From: Octopus bimaculoides | Taxonomy: Eukaryota | NCBI RefSeq assembly: GCF_001194135.2 | Contig: NC_068981.1 | Location: forward strand, 22,472,472 to 22,536,471 | Reading direction: 5' to 3' | Length of the DNA: 64,000 nucleotides | In this document: positions 13,458 to 25,505 of the stretch, piece by piece | Numbering within the stretch: the first letter of the stretch is position 1 | How the letters are laid out: each line of letters begins with the position of its first letter | Notes under the pieces: model-generated | The model's database searches: none | Seen by the model: the letters and a program-made list of their open reading frames with translations, nothing else | Told to the model about the DNA's origin: nothing | Program-made: the position numbers and the translations under genes

Positions 13458-13460
<3 letters not shown>

Positions 13461-13685
13461 GAAATGGAAAAACTTTCAAAATACAAAGACCTGGAAATAG
13501 AGATAACTCGAATGTGGAATCTAAAAACAGAAACAATTCCTATCATAGTAGGTGCCTTAGGTATAATAAAAAAATATTCAGACAAATACATAACAAAAAT
13601 AGCAGGACTTACAAATATATATAACATACAGAAAATTGCACTACTGGGTACTGCACACATTCTACGCAAAACACTTTCAATACAG
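13458..13685 (+). mobile_element. 5'-truncated 3' end of an R4/Dong-clade non-LTR retrotransposon (restriction-like endonuclease C-terminus) in an (AAT)n tract
   Basis: Uninterrupted frame KEMEKLSKYKDLEIEITRMWNLKTETIPIIVGALG...IQKIALLGTAHILRKTLSIQ starts directly after (AAT)n and runs into an N gap. Confidence 0.85.
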
Positions 13686-13918
13686 NNNNNNNNNNNNNNN
13701 NNNNNNNNNNNNNNNNNNNNNNNNNNNNNNNNNNNNNNNNNNNNNNNNNNNNNNNNNNNNNNNNNNNNNNNNNNNNNNNNNNNNNNNNNNNNNNNNNNNN
13801 NNNNNNNNNNNNNNNNNNNNNNNNNNNNNNNNNNNNNNNNNNNNNNNNNNNNNNNNNNNNNNNNNNNNNNNNNNNNNNNNNNNNNNNNNNNNNNNNNNNN
13901 NNNNNNNNNNNNNNNNNN
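13686..13918. other. Assembly gap (others: 19291-19300, 22128-22288, 29503-29512, 32090-32099, 34913-34965, 49705-50006)
   Basis: N runs, mostly beside simple repeats. Confidence 1.
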
Positions 13919-13944
13919 ATATATATATATATATATATGTATAC

Positions 13945-14014
<70 letters not shown>

Positions 14015-14884
14015 TGTATGTGTATATATATTTCTGTTTGTTCTGAAGGCAAGGTAAACTGTGGTATTTGAAATCAGAACATTAAGTTGCAAACTAAATG
14101 CCATGAAGTATTGAGACCGATCTTTCACTTCTACTCTCTGCCTCAACACTGATCTAATGATGGAAATAAGTCATTCTAAATCAAATGTGACATTTTAGCA
14201 AGTCAAATTTGATTTACCCAATTGCCTTAATACAGTTTCAACTGAAGTTTGAGAAGTCTTGCTTTAAGGCATTGGCGTCTATAACCATCTTTATGTAGCA
14301 TTTACAACCCACAAAAAGAAACAGTAATGGATATATCCTATATAATCTAATAAGCTGTGTAAATAATAAAGTGAATTCTAGTAGATCATTTCCACTTGTT
14401 ACTCGAAATTAGATAATCTCCCTTCTTTAATTTACCTAACAATTACTGAGGTTATTCAAAACAGCTTTTCTGATTACAAAGCTCCTTCCCTATAAATTTC
14501 CTTTTCCTGAAGGTTAAAGTTATTAAATTCAATTGTATTTGTATTACTAAAGTAATGTTTTATATAACATGAATGTTTCTGAATGGTGTTCCAGCTGTGA
14601 TAATGATAAACACTTGTAAAAAAGACTGGTGGGTCAGTACGTAACAGCAACACTTTAAGCACTTTAACATAGTTTTATCGTGATAGACAACAAGTTTCGA
14701 AACAGCCATCTATCACAATTTCATGTGTATTTTTACTGGCTTCAAAATGTTGAATGTTATGTTATTGCAAAAAGGCGTAAGGATATAGTATAAAGACTGT
14801 TTTAATTCTAGTTTATAATTTGGCTTCTTTCCTCTGCTTTAATAATGCCTCATTGATTAGTAACACCGTAATTAATAATTTACA

Positions 14885-15580
14885 TTGGCATTTGGAAGGG
14901 TGTCCAGCCATAGAAAGCATGCCAAGCTGACACAGAAGCTTGATGCAGTCCTGCAGTTCGATGGATCCTGTCAAACCATCCAGCCCCTGCTAGCATGGGA
15001 AACAGACTTTGAATGATGATGATTTTAGGTACCAAAACAGAAAATGAAAACAGACACCAAACATCATCGTTCATCATCATTGTTTAACGTTTGCCTTCCA
15101 TGCTAGCATGGGTGGGACAGTTTCACAAGAGCTGGCCAGGCAGAAGCCTGCACCAGACTTCTCTGTAACTGTTTTGGTAGGAATTTTACAGCTGGATGCC
15201 CTTCCTAACACCAACCACTCAGCAGAATGAACTGAGTGCTTTTTACATGGCACAAACACAGGTGAGGTCAGTTTTGGCAAGGTTTTTACTGCTGGATGCC
15301 CTTCCGAACACCAACCACTTTACAGTGTGGACTGGGTGCTTTTAAGTGTTACCTGCATTGACTGGGTCACCAAGTATTTGCAAGACAAAAAAAAACTTTT
15401 GAGAGGAGAGGGGGGCATTGGAGACAGTGATCTTGTGTTGGATGATGAAAGGTTATAGTGAAAAAGAAACGGGTGTCTTGCTGTAGAGAAAGTACAAGGT
15501 TGCACAGCCGGAGAGAGAGAGTGAGTGATCAGGAATGAAGACAGAAACAGGTGTGTTACAGTAATGTAAATACATGGTTA
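14885..15580 (-). mobile_element. Cluster of older RTE-tail repeat copies
   Basis: GGATGCCCTTCCTAACACCAACCACT cores and CATCATC tails; a + strand partial copy at ~14890-15020. Confidence 0.7.
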
Positions 15581-16362
15581 CCCAACCTGAGGAAAGTGTG
15601 AGAGAAGGAGAGAGAGAGTGGGAGACAGCAGGATAGAAATGGTGAAAAAATGCCAGGTATACTCACAAGGGATGGGGAACAGAATATAAATGGGATGATT
15701 GAGTAAAGAAAGAGAGATATATAGATGATGGCAAGTACCAGGGCAAACCCTTGAGGTTCGAACGCCATAATATGTGGCAAACAAATTTCTGAAGAGTTTA
15801 TTTATTTATTTATTTATTTTTTTTTTCAATGTAAACATTTAATAGAATTTCTGGATTGAAAGGAAAAGTACTAAATAAATTTAGAAGGTAACTACTCTAG
15901 CCTGGATTGTGTCTAGAGATAGCATTTTCTCTGCTCTCTCCTTTTATATTAAAAGATCTTGTTTCAAAGGGAAAAAGCTCTGTACTTCTTCATGCTCTGT
16001 ACTCCTTTTGGAGTGGACTGGCTTCAAGGATGATTGAGATGATTTTCAACGCAAGTGTGCATAAGTGTGTGCATGCATACATCTAAGTATGTATATAGGT
16101 AATTATAGATGTGTGTATACATAAATAAACACTTATACATACATATCTATTTTGGTTATTTCTGAAGTTATAGGGATCCTGGAGAGAAAGACAGTTGTTC
16201 AGAAATTCAGTATCAGAATTGAAGGATCTTGAGTATACAGTGTTTAATATCTTTAATTACTAGTTTCATTATAAGAGTCTGAGAGAAGGTTACCAGAAAT
16301 GTCAAAGCAAAATATAATTTGAGAGTTGTATCTTTTATAAAAGCATTTTTCATGCTTTATAG

Positions 16363-17985
16363 CCATTGTGATTCTATTGGATCCTTTAGTTTCAGGTGAG
16401 GACTCCCAAAAAGAGAAAAGGAGATACTTTTGGACTGTTAGGGCCAGAACTTCAGGTAAATTTATCTTGGTGTGTCCGTGTGAAATAATATTGTATTATC
16501 TACTACACATGTTATTGTTTCCTCCATGTTTTGAGATGATTTTATTAATTTGGTTTGTTTTATATTTCCACCTTACTGATATAACTTTCTTCCCTGTTAT
16601 GTGTCACCCAGAGGTATTCAAGTCCATCCATTCTTTGTTAACTGGAACATTAAACTCTATTGTAGTCAATGAACAAATGTCAAAGATTAGGTGAGTTGGT
16701 CTTGGCTGAATATCAGAGATTAATTAGTGTTCTTATTATGACCATATTTTATTAGAGATATGTTGATATGCTGTCCTACAATTATTTTTAAATGTAAAGT
16801 CTTTATTTCAAATATACTTGTTATACCTGTTCAGATTGCAACTAAAAAGTTTTTACAATTGTATTAATAGGCTCCTAATTCTTGAACTTTATCCTATTCT
16901 AAAGATAATGCAATTTCAGGCTTTAATACAATTGCAGATGCAAATTTTTAGAAATAAGGCATAGCATAATTGATTTATTAAAATTCAAGTTTTATGTAGA
17001 TTAACATTTTCTGTAATGATTTCAGGATTCTGTTTGTATTAATTTTATGTAAAAGAAGACATTCTTTTGATATTTTGTTGCATGTATTTCTACAGTATGC
17101 ATTTCTGCTGCATGTATGTGTATTTTCTCAATTTGTTGTTTCATCCATTTACTAAACAAGAGAAGGTAACAGTGGTCAAAATGACTATTTCAATTGATTC
17201 ATAGTCCAGAGGTTTGGAGAAATACATGTCATTGTTTTTGTGTGTTGGTGGTCTACTCTGATTTTGACAAATACCATATCTAAGCAGCTAATATATTTGC
17301 GTATGATACAATGATGCACAATTATGAAGCAAAAGTTATTCAATGAAAACACTGAATAACAATTGAGTGTGCGTACATATCGTTTACATATCATTTATAT
17401 ACTTCAATGACATCTTAAGTTCTTTGTTCCCTATGGAGCATAGGCTATTGACAACTCTTCTCTACTGTTCTTCACTCTGGGCTGTCTTCTCTGCTTCTTT
17501 CCAGTCAGATACCTAATTTTTTCAGCCCTACCTCAGTATCCTGCCTCCAACTATTTTTAAGGCATCCCCTCTTCTGTTTCCCTTGTGGGATCATAAGTGT
17601 CCCTGAAGAAAGGCCTTCCTCTCCCACATCTTGTTGGTTTTGAATTGTCATCTATGCTTCTGTAACTGCTTTTTCTAAGACAAGTGGATTTGCCTTAGGC
17701 AAACCAATTTTTACCTCTGGGAAAAGGTGGTCCCTATTAGTCTGGCCTCTACCCTGCCTGTCCAGCATAGGAGGCCCTACCAGGTGTTTTTGCACTCAGG
17801 GTCATTGAGGCACATAAGCTACCACACTGCAACAAGGACTGGACCTAGGACCTAATTGAATTTGTTTTTGGTAACATCAATTTTAAAGTGATAAACTTGT
17901 TCTGCATGGTTTGATAATGTTATTGTGTTACAGCCTTTCATCAAGGTACTCTGGAATATATCAACACATATATTTTCTTTATCAG
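16363..17985 (+). CDS. Candidate small exons of an unidentified gene (16363 or 16396-16455, 16612-16690, 17934-17985)
   Basis: Each has a pyrimidine-rich AG acceptor and a GTAAAT/GTGAGT/GTGAGA donor, and they can be spliced in frame. No recognisable homology. Confidence 0.2.
17415..17842 (-). mobile_element. Bipartite (internally deleted) RTE element: 5' UTR joined to ORF C-terminus
   Basis: The - strand reads CCTTGTTGCAGTG..CAATGACCCTGAG..CCTGGTAGGGCCTCC..GGCCAGACTAA (RTE-like 5' UTR). About 250 nt later it reads PQGKQKRGCLKNSWRQD...WKEAEKTAQSEEQ*RRVVNSLCS (RTE C-terminus). Confidence 0.65.
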
Positions 17986-18329
17986 GTGAGAATTTAGAAA
18001 TGTTACCTGTTCAATAGAATGTTTCTCTCCAGTCAAAGTATCTGCTTCATTATTAGAGGCAGTCATCATGAAATTAAAGTACCAAACAAATGTGTTGTCT
18101 TTGAACAAGTTGTTAAACAGCATTTCTCAATATATCTACCAGACACAAAACAGGTTTCACTCCCTCCTTCGCAGTTGAATGGTCAGTGGTGGTAGACAAG
18201 GTGTCCAGCTGTAAAATCAATTGCTCCAGCACAATTTATGGGAAAAAAATGGATATAAAAATTATCTACAAAATATATAAGTAAAACTATTTTTTTAAAG
18301 TTCATATCCCTTATACATTTTACTCACAT

Positions 18330-19077
18330 GCACACTCATGGCCACATTTAGATGCATGTATATACACATGCATGTATGCACATGTGCTTTTGTGTACAGA
18401 CATGCACAAACATGTGTGGACATCCACATATGATCAGCACGTACATCTACATGTACATCTGTGTATACATGCACATTTGTGCATGTATAGGCACATATCT
18501 GTGCATGCACTCACGCATATCCAGACACAAATACACACACATCCGCACATTCAGACATCCATGCACACATTCAGACGCATACAGACACATTCTCAAACAC
18601 ACACACGCACATGCATCCACATGTGCTTCCACACATCTACATGCACACATCCATGCACATGCACACATGCCCATGCACACACACTCGCACACACACTCAC
18701 ACAGCCACACACTTGTTGTGCACATCTAGACTCATGCATATCTACACACACACTCGCACACATCTATACACACACATACACACTTGCACAGAAACGTGCA
18801 CATCTGCATACACACACATACACCCGCAATCTGCACACATACACACACATCTGCACACATACACACCTACACACATCTGCACACATATCTACACACACCT
18901 ACTCTCACATACACACATCTACACACACTCATACACACACGTGTGCACATCCGCACACACACATACACATCTGCACACACACACATACACATCTGCACAC
19001 ACATACACATCTGCACACACACATACACATCTGCACACACACATACACATCTGCACACATACACCTACACACACACT

Positions 19078-19120
<43 letters not shown>

Positions 19121-19145
19121 TTACACACACATCTACACACACACA
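18330..19145. repeat. Complex (CA)n-derived satellite with recurrent CACATCTGCACACA units
   Basis: Directly visible. Confidence 0.9.
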
Positions 19146-19469
19146 GTTGAGAAAATGAAATGATTAACTCACAAAATACTAAAATCCTGTAAATAAATTT
19201 AAAAAAAAATATTGCAATAAATAAATAAATAAATAAATAAATAAATGAATAAAAATAAATTTAAATACTGGTTGTGTAAATTTTGGCCAGNNNNNNNNNN
19301 AAATTGATTAATGAAATGAAAATTGTTTCATTTTTATTCAGTTAGTTTTTACTTTTGAATTTTTTGTTTTATTTAAATTTTCTTTTATTTTTCTGCAAGG
19401 CTCAGAACCCCTTCAGCAAAAACATAAAAATTAAATCTCACTTATTTATCATGATATATATATATAGAC

Positions 19470-19500
<31 letters not shown>

Positions 19501-19942
19501 TATTATTATTATTATTATTATTATATGCATTTAGTTTATCTTCATTTGATTTCTCTCCCTTCCACTATTGCTGTATCAGTCACGTCTGTAAACAGTTCAT
19601 TTATAAGAGTGATTTCCTGGGGTGTTTGAAGGAGGAAAAAAGGAAAGAAAGAAAAGGGTATAAAAGATGCAACCGTTGTTAACGAAGGGGAAATAACTTC
19701 ATTGCTAGAGAGGACCTACTTAATTACCTTATTTAACTTGTAGGGTGGATGCGGGGGGTATACAAAAAACATAGTTTTAGTAACTCTGTTTCAGCTTAAG
19801 ACGGATGGCATACTGCAATAACTTGACTAGCTGAAAATAACGGCTTCATTTCCTATGAATCAGACTGATTTTTAAAAAGATAGGAAATATCAGTGAAAAA
19901 CGTAGTCAGAGATAATAAGATAAAAGAATAGATATGAAGTTG

Positions 19943-20275
19943 CAGACATGGCTGTGTGGTTAAGAAGCTTGTTTTGTAACCACATGGTCTAAGGTTCAGT
20001 CCCAATGTGTGCACCTTGTGCAAATGTCTCCTATTATAGCCCCGGGTCAATTACTATATTGGGTGAATTTGGTTGATTGAGACTGCGCAGAAGCTCATTG
20101 TGTGTGTACATGTTTATGTCAGTGTTTGTCCCTCGACCCAGCTAGACAAATGATGTTGGTTTGTTTATATCCCTGTAACTTACTGGTTTTGGCAAGAGAC
20201 TGAAAAATTGCAAATTTAAAGAATAAAGCACTGGGGTTAAAGTGACCGCTATCCAATGACTGAAACGCGCGAAAG
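19943..20275 (+). mobile_element. Family A SINE
   Basis: GGCTGTGTGGTTAAGAAGCTTG..GGTTCAGTCCC head and family tail. Confidence 0.75.
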
Positions 20276-20559
20276 ATATAATCAAACAGGAATACCTTGA
20301 CTATGGGTTGGCTAGCTCATTAGTGGCCTGTGGTTAAACAACAGGTGATTTTTCATGGAAGTTATCATGGAAAGGTGGAGATATGGATTACTTTTTGGTC
20401 GATATTTATTGCTGGTCCTGTTACTCTAAACTCAATTCAGAAGTGAAACTCAGGCAAAATAAGGCAAGTTATATGCCTTGTGAGAGATCACTGCATATAA
20501 TGCCTGACAAAATTTTAAGCACTGACCACACACACACAAACATGTACACACGTGATCAA

Positions 20560-20868
20560 TAGCCTAGATACTGTGTGTGTGTGTGTGTGTGTGTCCCCGT
20601 CTGTCTGTCTGTCTGTCTGCTTTGCATGTCATGTTTGTTGTTTGTGTGTTTGCTGTGTGTGTGTGTGTGTGTATGTGTTGTGCGTGTGTGTTTGTAGTGT
20701 GTGTGTGTGTCTGTCCTTTGTGTGTGTTGTCTGTCACGTGTGTGTGTGTTGTCTGTTGAATGTGCGTGTGTGTTGTGTCGCATGTGTGTGTGTGTTGTAT
20801 CTGTTGCGTGTGTGTGCACGTTGTGTCTGTTGCGTGTGTGTGCATGTTACGTGTGCACATGTTGTCTG

Positions 20869-20901
<33 letters not shown>

Positions 20902-21290
20902 GTGTCTGTTGCGTTTGTGTGTGTGTGTGTGTATATTGTGTCTGTTGCGTGTGTTGTTTGTTGAGTGTGTGTTTTGTTTTGAGTTTGTGTTTGTGTGTGT
21001 GTGTGTGTGTGTTGTGTTTGTTGAGTTTGTGTGTCTGTGTGTGTGTCTGTTGTGTGTGTCTGTTGTGTGTGTCTGTTGTGTGTGTCTGCTGTGTGTGTCT
21101 GTGTGTGTGTTCTGTGTGTCCGTGTATGTGTCTGTTGTGTGTTCTGTTGTATGTATCTGTTGTGTATTTGTGTGTGTGTGTGTGTGTGTGTGTTGTCTGT
21201 TGTGTGTGTTGTGCCTGTTATGACTGTTCTGCATGTGTATTGTCTCTTTGCATGTTTTGTGTGTCTGTCTGTGTGTGTCTATGCATGTCT
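20560..21290. repeat. Complex (TG)n-derived satellite with recurrent GTGTCTGTT units
   Basis: Directly visible. Confidence 0.9.
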
Positions 21291-21979
21291 CTCCCACAGA
21301 AATCTAATACTGCTAAGGTAGACTGCTATATAATAATTGCTTGTTGATCTACCTGGATCTACCTCTAAAACTAATTACACCTATCTTCATAAAGTGACTA
21401 AAATAAAACTCCTGACATGAAGACAGAACACTTGTTCCAAATTTTAACCAGCAGCAGCAAACCACATAACCAATACTACAGCTATGACATCTTCTGATAT
21501 GTTTGACTAAATTCACTTACAAACAACACATTCATTATCCTCACCAGCATAACAGCTTAAAGTTAACACACACACACACACATGCACTCACACACACACA
21601 CACACACACACTCAGTACAAATCTATATGAAAGTTTGCACATCATCTTCATAGCTGATTATATCTCCCCATTATTTGCTCAATACTGTTAATGGCACATA
21701 TATAATGCACATGTGTTGAATGTGTGTACCTATGGTTGGTGTATATATAATACATGAATGTTGAATGTATTCATATGTAGATAGCTTGCGTGTGTGTGTA
21801 GCTTGCATGTGTGTGTTTATATAAAATATGAATGTATGGTTAATGTGCACACGTGTATGGATGTCTTTTCTACCATCGCTCCCCCTCTCACCAACACTGA
21901 TCAATCATTTCTGTCTATCATCTACATCTTCCAGGCTTTTCATCCATTTATTTATGTCTATTATCTCCAGTTTTAATAT

Positions 21980-22288
21980 TTTAAAACAAATCTTTCTCAA
22001 ATATTTCTTTTCCCTTCTCTCTTCCCTCTTCTTCCATCTTTCTCTTTTTCTCATTCATATATACATATATATATATATATATACATACATACATATATAC
22101 ATACATATATATATACATACATATATANNNNNNNNNNNNNNNNNNNNNNNNNNNNNNNNNNNNNNNNNNNNNNNNNNNNNNNNNNNNNNNNNNNNNNNNN
22201 NNNNNNNNNNNNNNNNNNNNNNNNNNNNNNNNNNNNNNNNNNNNNNNNNNNNNNNNNNNNNNNNNNNNNNNNNNNNNNNNNNNNNNNN

Positions 22289-22319
<31 letters not shown>

Positions 22320-22634
22320 TCTCTCTCTCTCCCTATGCTGTCTCTTTTCCTTTCTCTCTTTACTATCTCTTCTTTCTCTTTTTCCTTCATCTATTTTTCT
22401 TGTCTTCATATCCTCTTCTCTCTCTTTGAAGCCCTCCACATTTCTCTGCTGCTTTTTTTTCTCTCTCTCCCCCTCTCTCTCTCTCTCTCCCTCTCTCTCT
22501 CTCTCCCTCTCTTTCTCTCCCTCTCTTTCTCTCTCTCTCCCTCTCTTTCTCTCTCTCTCTTCGTACCATGCTCTCACTTCTTTTCTCATCTTTGTTTTTG
22601 CTTCCTTTCTATCCCTCTTTTTACACCCCCTTTG

Positions 22635-22670
<36 letters not shown>
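21980..22670. repeat. (CT)n/(TA)n-rich tract with assembly gap
   Basis: Directly visible. Confidence 0.9.
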
Positions 22671-23804
22671 TGTCTACCCCTCAATAGTTTCCTCAGTTTA
22701 CCCCCCTGATTTTGTTTTCGTTTCCCCTCCAATCTTTTGTTTCGATGTCCCTCTCTCTATCACACAGTCTTCCTTCACTTTCCTCTCACTCAACCCTTCC
22801 TTTGTCAATCTAACCACAGGAAATAAAGATAAAGAAAATCTTTGCAATATGTAATGTTTGTAGTTATTTCTGTTAAACTGCAGTTTCATATGCATCACAT
22901 GGACACCACGATCAATAGCAACTTGTCTTATTGTCTTCTCCTTCATGGCTGTTCACTTCTCTTTTATATAACATTCCCTTTCATCTTATCCCTATATAAC
23001 AGCCCTATTTCTATATATAGCCCCTTTCATATACTCTATACACACGCTTCTATGCATGTGTGCATGCATGTATGCATATACATGTGCAGCGCTTGTGTCA
23101 GCACTGTGAATGCTACTGGGAACACGAAACCCAGTACAACCTGTTGCATGGTTAGATGATCAAGGATTAAACTGGAAGCCTCATCAAACTCGCTTGATGA
23201 GGAAAATAGTTTTTGGACACCCATGAAGGGTGAAAAATAAGACCATTGAAAAGTGGAGGAACTCATGAGTTAACAGTTGAGTGCAGATATACTTCTTTTA
23301 AGGCCCTGCTGATTTGGATGTATCTTTTGGTTGGAAAAGCCTAAGAGAAGGCACTCTGAAATCAAACCTGCAGTTGATGTAGCTAGCTGCTAAACTTCTT
23401 GTGGTTCTTGTCACTGGTTTCCAACTACCGATATTTTGAGAGTGGAATATGTGTTGTACAGGCATATGTCACTTTAATTCAATGATGTACATCTTGTCCA
23501 TCTGGTTCATCTTTCAAAGTCCTGTAGCAATAACAGAGTGGCAATGTATGCAGATTTAACCAGTTAAAGAAGTTTTGAATCTCATTTCTCATATGTTGGA
23601 GGCCGTTCAAGTCAACTTCTGGTCATAAATCATCTTGGAGAACAGATATAGTGGAGATTATCAGGATTCGGTAGATTGAAATGGCCATCATTTAAGATGG
23701 TCATCACACACACACATGCACGTATATTTGTGTGTGTGTTTGTCTGTATTTATTAGTTCCAAGCATTGGAGTCCTGCTTCAAGGATTTAGTCAATTAAAT
23801 TGTT

Positions 23805-23970
23805 ACCATACTTTAAGTCTGGTACTTTTTCTCTCTCTCTCTTCCCTTCTGTTTCTTCCTCTCTGTCTCTCCCTCTCCATCTCTCCTTCTCTTTCCCTCC
23901 CTCTCTTTCCTTCCCTCTGTTTCTCTCACTCTTTCCCTCCCTCTGTTTCTCTCACTCTTTCCCTCCCTCT
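23805..23970. repeat. CT-rich tract with tandem CCCTCTGTTTCTCTCACTCTTTCCCT units at the PLE 3' break
   Basis: Directly visible. Confidence 0.85.
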
Positions 23971-25449
23971 CTATGGGCCCTATATCTAGCCTTAAAGTTT
24001 ACTGTACTACCTATATAAAATTTATTTAAATTATCCTCATCCTTAACAATGCATTTATATACTGCATTGGTAATTAGACAGAACCCATCAAGGGGACATA
24101 ATCCAGGGTTTCTATAATTACATGATTTCCCAGGGCCATCCCTAACCTTATTTCTACCACTAACAGTACTTACCAGGTTTCCCATAGTCACTCCTTCACA
24201 TCTTTCATTACTGGATTTCGATATACCAGATGGGAGCAAAATGTTGGCATCACTAACCTTAGGTGTATCAGAACTTATCTGCCCAGAACTGGGATTTCCA
24301 TCAGAAGAACATCTCCAGTGCTCTTGCCCATTTAACTTGCTTCTATTTATAGATACAATAATGGAGGCCAAATTTGGCATTACTGAGTAAGAGAACTTGA
24401 TAGAAGACAAATTGCAAATGCTATAGTATTTATGACTCTTAGGGAAGTTCTCTTCCAGAACCTTAAAAAACATCTTGGGCAAATTTCTCACTCTAAGAGA
24501 AAAAGGGGGAGTGGGGTGAACCATATTATTTCTCTTATTCTAGAATGTGAGCTCTTAGTTTTACTTATCTCCTCACTAGCACTATTTTGCTTCCTATACC
24601 TATTTCTAACATCTTTAAATATGTTTCTAACCAATGGCTTATTTTGGTTGCGATCAGGTAATGCATTGCATTTTTCCCAATCAACCGTGACATGGTCAGG
24701 TGGTAGACCAGCCATCTTGTTTTTAAATCTCGTGTTAGGTATATATGAGATTTTAGTTTTGAATCCGCTTATTTTTAGAGCGTTATTGTACACAGGCGTA
24801 TGTTGATCGAAAATCTCTTCATTTGCGGATAGATTAGAGATTCTGATTGAAATAGTGATAATGATTATATATAGTGGACTTTGGGTGATTGGACGATACA
24901 TTGATATATAAGATGGATTTGTTTGGCTTACAAAATGGATAGTATAAACCTGTATCCAAATATAATGTAACATCCAGGAAATTCACTACTCTGGAGTTAA
25001 TATCAAATATAATGTTAAGATTAAAGAAATCCTTTAAGAAACCCCTCAGTGATTTCCTCAATCTATACAATGCAGCTTTAGACTGGCTACATACAGCTAG
25101 AAGTGCATCATCCCTATACAGTCCCCCGGTGAGGAGAGGAAAATTATCCTTAATCTGTGAAAGGAGGTATAGGCCCACTAGGTTAGTCACCTATGCAGAA
25201 TCAGATGATCCCATGGTTATATCGAAGAAATTGGCGGAATCAACTCTCTGCCAATCACGCTCATTGTAGGAGATAAAGGTCTCCCTTGCTGTTAAAATTA
25301 CATCAATATCTGAACTTGGTATCTCCGCAAACTTGTGGGCGAAAATCAAGGCTTTATTCAGCAATATAGGGGATATAGAATTATAATAATTCGAGATATC
25401 GAATTGCATAAAATCTAAATTAGGTTTATCCCTAAGGGAGTCAAACCGA
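23968..25449 (-). pseudogene. Penelope-like element (PLE) RT + GIY-YIG endonuclease, Naiad-like; truncated at both ends, 1 nonsense and 2 frameshifts
   Basis: Four consecutive ORF pieces (25191-25499, 24834-25190, 24488-24973, 23952-24524) join into one protein. RT motifs FDISNYY, ITMGS, GLYRDD, NFLDVTL; then YINVSSNHP, IIWF-TPPFS, IKFSYSVMPN, CNYRNPGLCPLDGFC; GIY-YIG VYKCIV...FYIGSTVNFKARYRAH. TAG at 25191-25193 replaces a probable Glu codon. Frameshifts lie near 24865 (AT run) and 24515. Confidence 0.93.
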
Positions 25450-25467
25450 ACACACACACACACACAC

Positions 25468-25505
<38 letters not shown>

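Noticed and set aside
19659-19705. TATA box plus Inr promoter
   Set aside because: TATAAAA to TCATT spacing is ~42 nt, too long for a canonical core promoter; the motif is common in AT-rich DNA.
18295-22854. Many long ORFs (His/Thr-, Cys/Val-, Ser/Leu-, Arg/Glu-rich), and similar ones at 13268-14057, 31909-32177, 34382-35134, 49389-50210
   Set aside because: They are translations of microsatellites and N gaps (except the R4 segment of 13410-14057).
25191-25193. In-frame stop in the PLE RT as possible selenocysteine recoding
   Set aside because: The codon is TAG, not TGA, at a position where Glu (GAG) is expected; it is a simple nonsense mutation.
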